DNA from: Eledone cirrhosa
Lineage: Eukaryota
Length of the DNA: 64,000 nucleotides
Assembly (NCBI GenBank): GCA_964016885.1
Contig: OZ024742.1
Span: 177,940,001 to 178,004,000, forward strand
Direction of reading: 5' to 3'
Shown here in pieces: positions 63,259 to 64,000 of this stretch. The position numbers and the translations under genes are program-made. The notes beneath the pieces are model-generated. The model saw only the letters and a list, made by a program, of their open reading frames with translations, was not told the origin of the DNA and did no database searches. Numbering within the stretch: position 1 is the stretch's first letter; each line of letters opens with the position of its first letter.

Positions 63259-64000
63259 TCAGTTTAGTAGTGAAGTAGATAACACATTTTCAACGTTGAG
63301 CCAACATGGTCGAATAAGTTAGGAGTTTGCTTCGTTATCATTAGGTACCTAGTTCGGTCGTACAGCGTGGTATATTGAGACTGTTATTTACCATACTCAG
63401 CCATATACGTAGTAAATTCACGACCAAACTGTACCATTTATCGAACTGGAACACACGTCCATCGATATATCCAACCTCAAGTTAGACGAGCCAAAAACTG
63501 AGAAATTTATTGAATTCAAAAAGTTAAAAATATAATGATAATTATAATAAATAAAACGAATATAGAAAAAAGAGAAAACAGTATTAAAATGTTACTTTTG
63601 TTGGCTTAGTAACCTTTTATATTTTTAATTAAATTTCACTAAATTAATATTATTTTATTTTATTTTATTTCTTTTCATTGTATGTCTAAATAGTGATATT
63701 GCATACTAAAATTATGGAGTAGCAATAGTATCATGTTCTTGAATGTGAAAGTGAAACTACAAATAATTTATATTTCTTTTCTATTTTCATTTTCTCTAAT
63801 TCTGTTACGAATTCACTTTGTCAATACACTTATTAAGATTAAAGGTTATCAACACATAGTCTTAGATAGATACAACAAGGGATAAAGCAACGTCAACAGA
63901 AAAACACAAATATAATGTAAAAAAACAATAAGTATGTATGTGTATAGATACATATATATATGTATATATGTACATATACACATATATGTATATGTATGTG

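Overview
This window is repeat-dominated, AT-rich eukaryotic DNA with no recognisable host gene. The SINE family and dense (TA)n/(AAT)n microsatellites suggest an invertebrate, plausibly an octopus or other cephalopod (inference). It falls into two zones. Zone 1 (1-32 kb) is a (TA)n landscape containing two Penelope-like elements (RT + GIY-YIG) with inverted arms, a degenerate Rep/PIF1 Helitron, RTE and R4-type LINE fragments, and many short non-coding elements. Reading by hand shows several of these carry type-I hammerhead ribozyme (HHR) folds with a palindromic stem III, in at least six unrelated sequence contexts. They include a ~560-bp tandem array with three complete HHR folds, a 646-bp terminally redundant unit, a U3-A8 core variant and a ~0.5-kb hairpin derivative of the adjacent Penelope. 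Zone 2 (~37.9-63.3 kb) is a ~25-kb stack of retrotransposons separated by (AAT)n. R4/Dong-type REL-endonuclease LINEs (one with an intact 1130-aa ORF) all lie on +, while L1/Tx1-type LINEs and tRNA-derived SINEs all lie on -. The most promising under-described system is the Penelope-associated ribozyme/retrozyme-like set. RNA folds were derived by eye and coordinates of degenerate elements are approximate.
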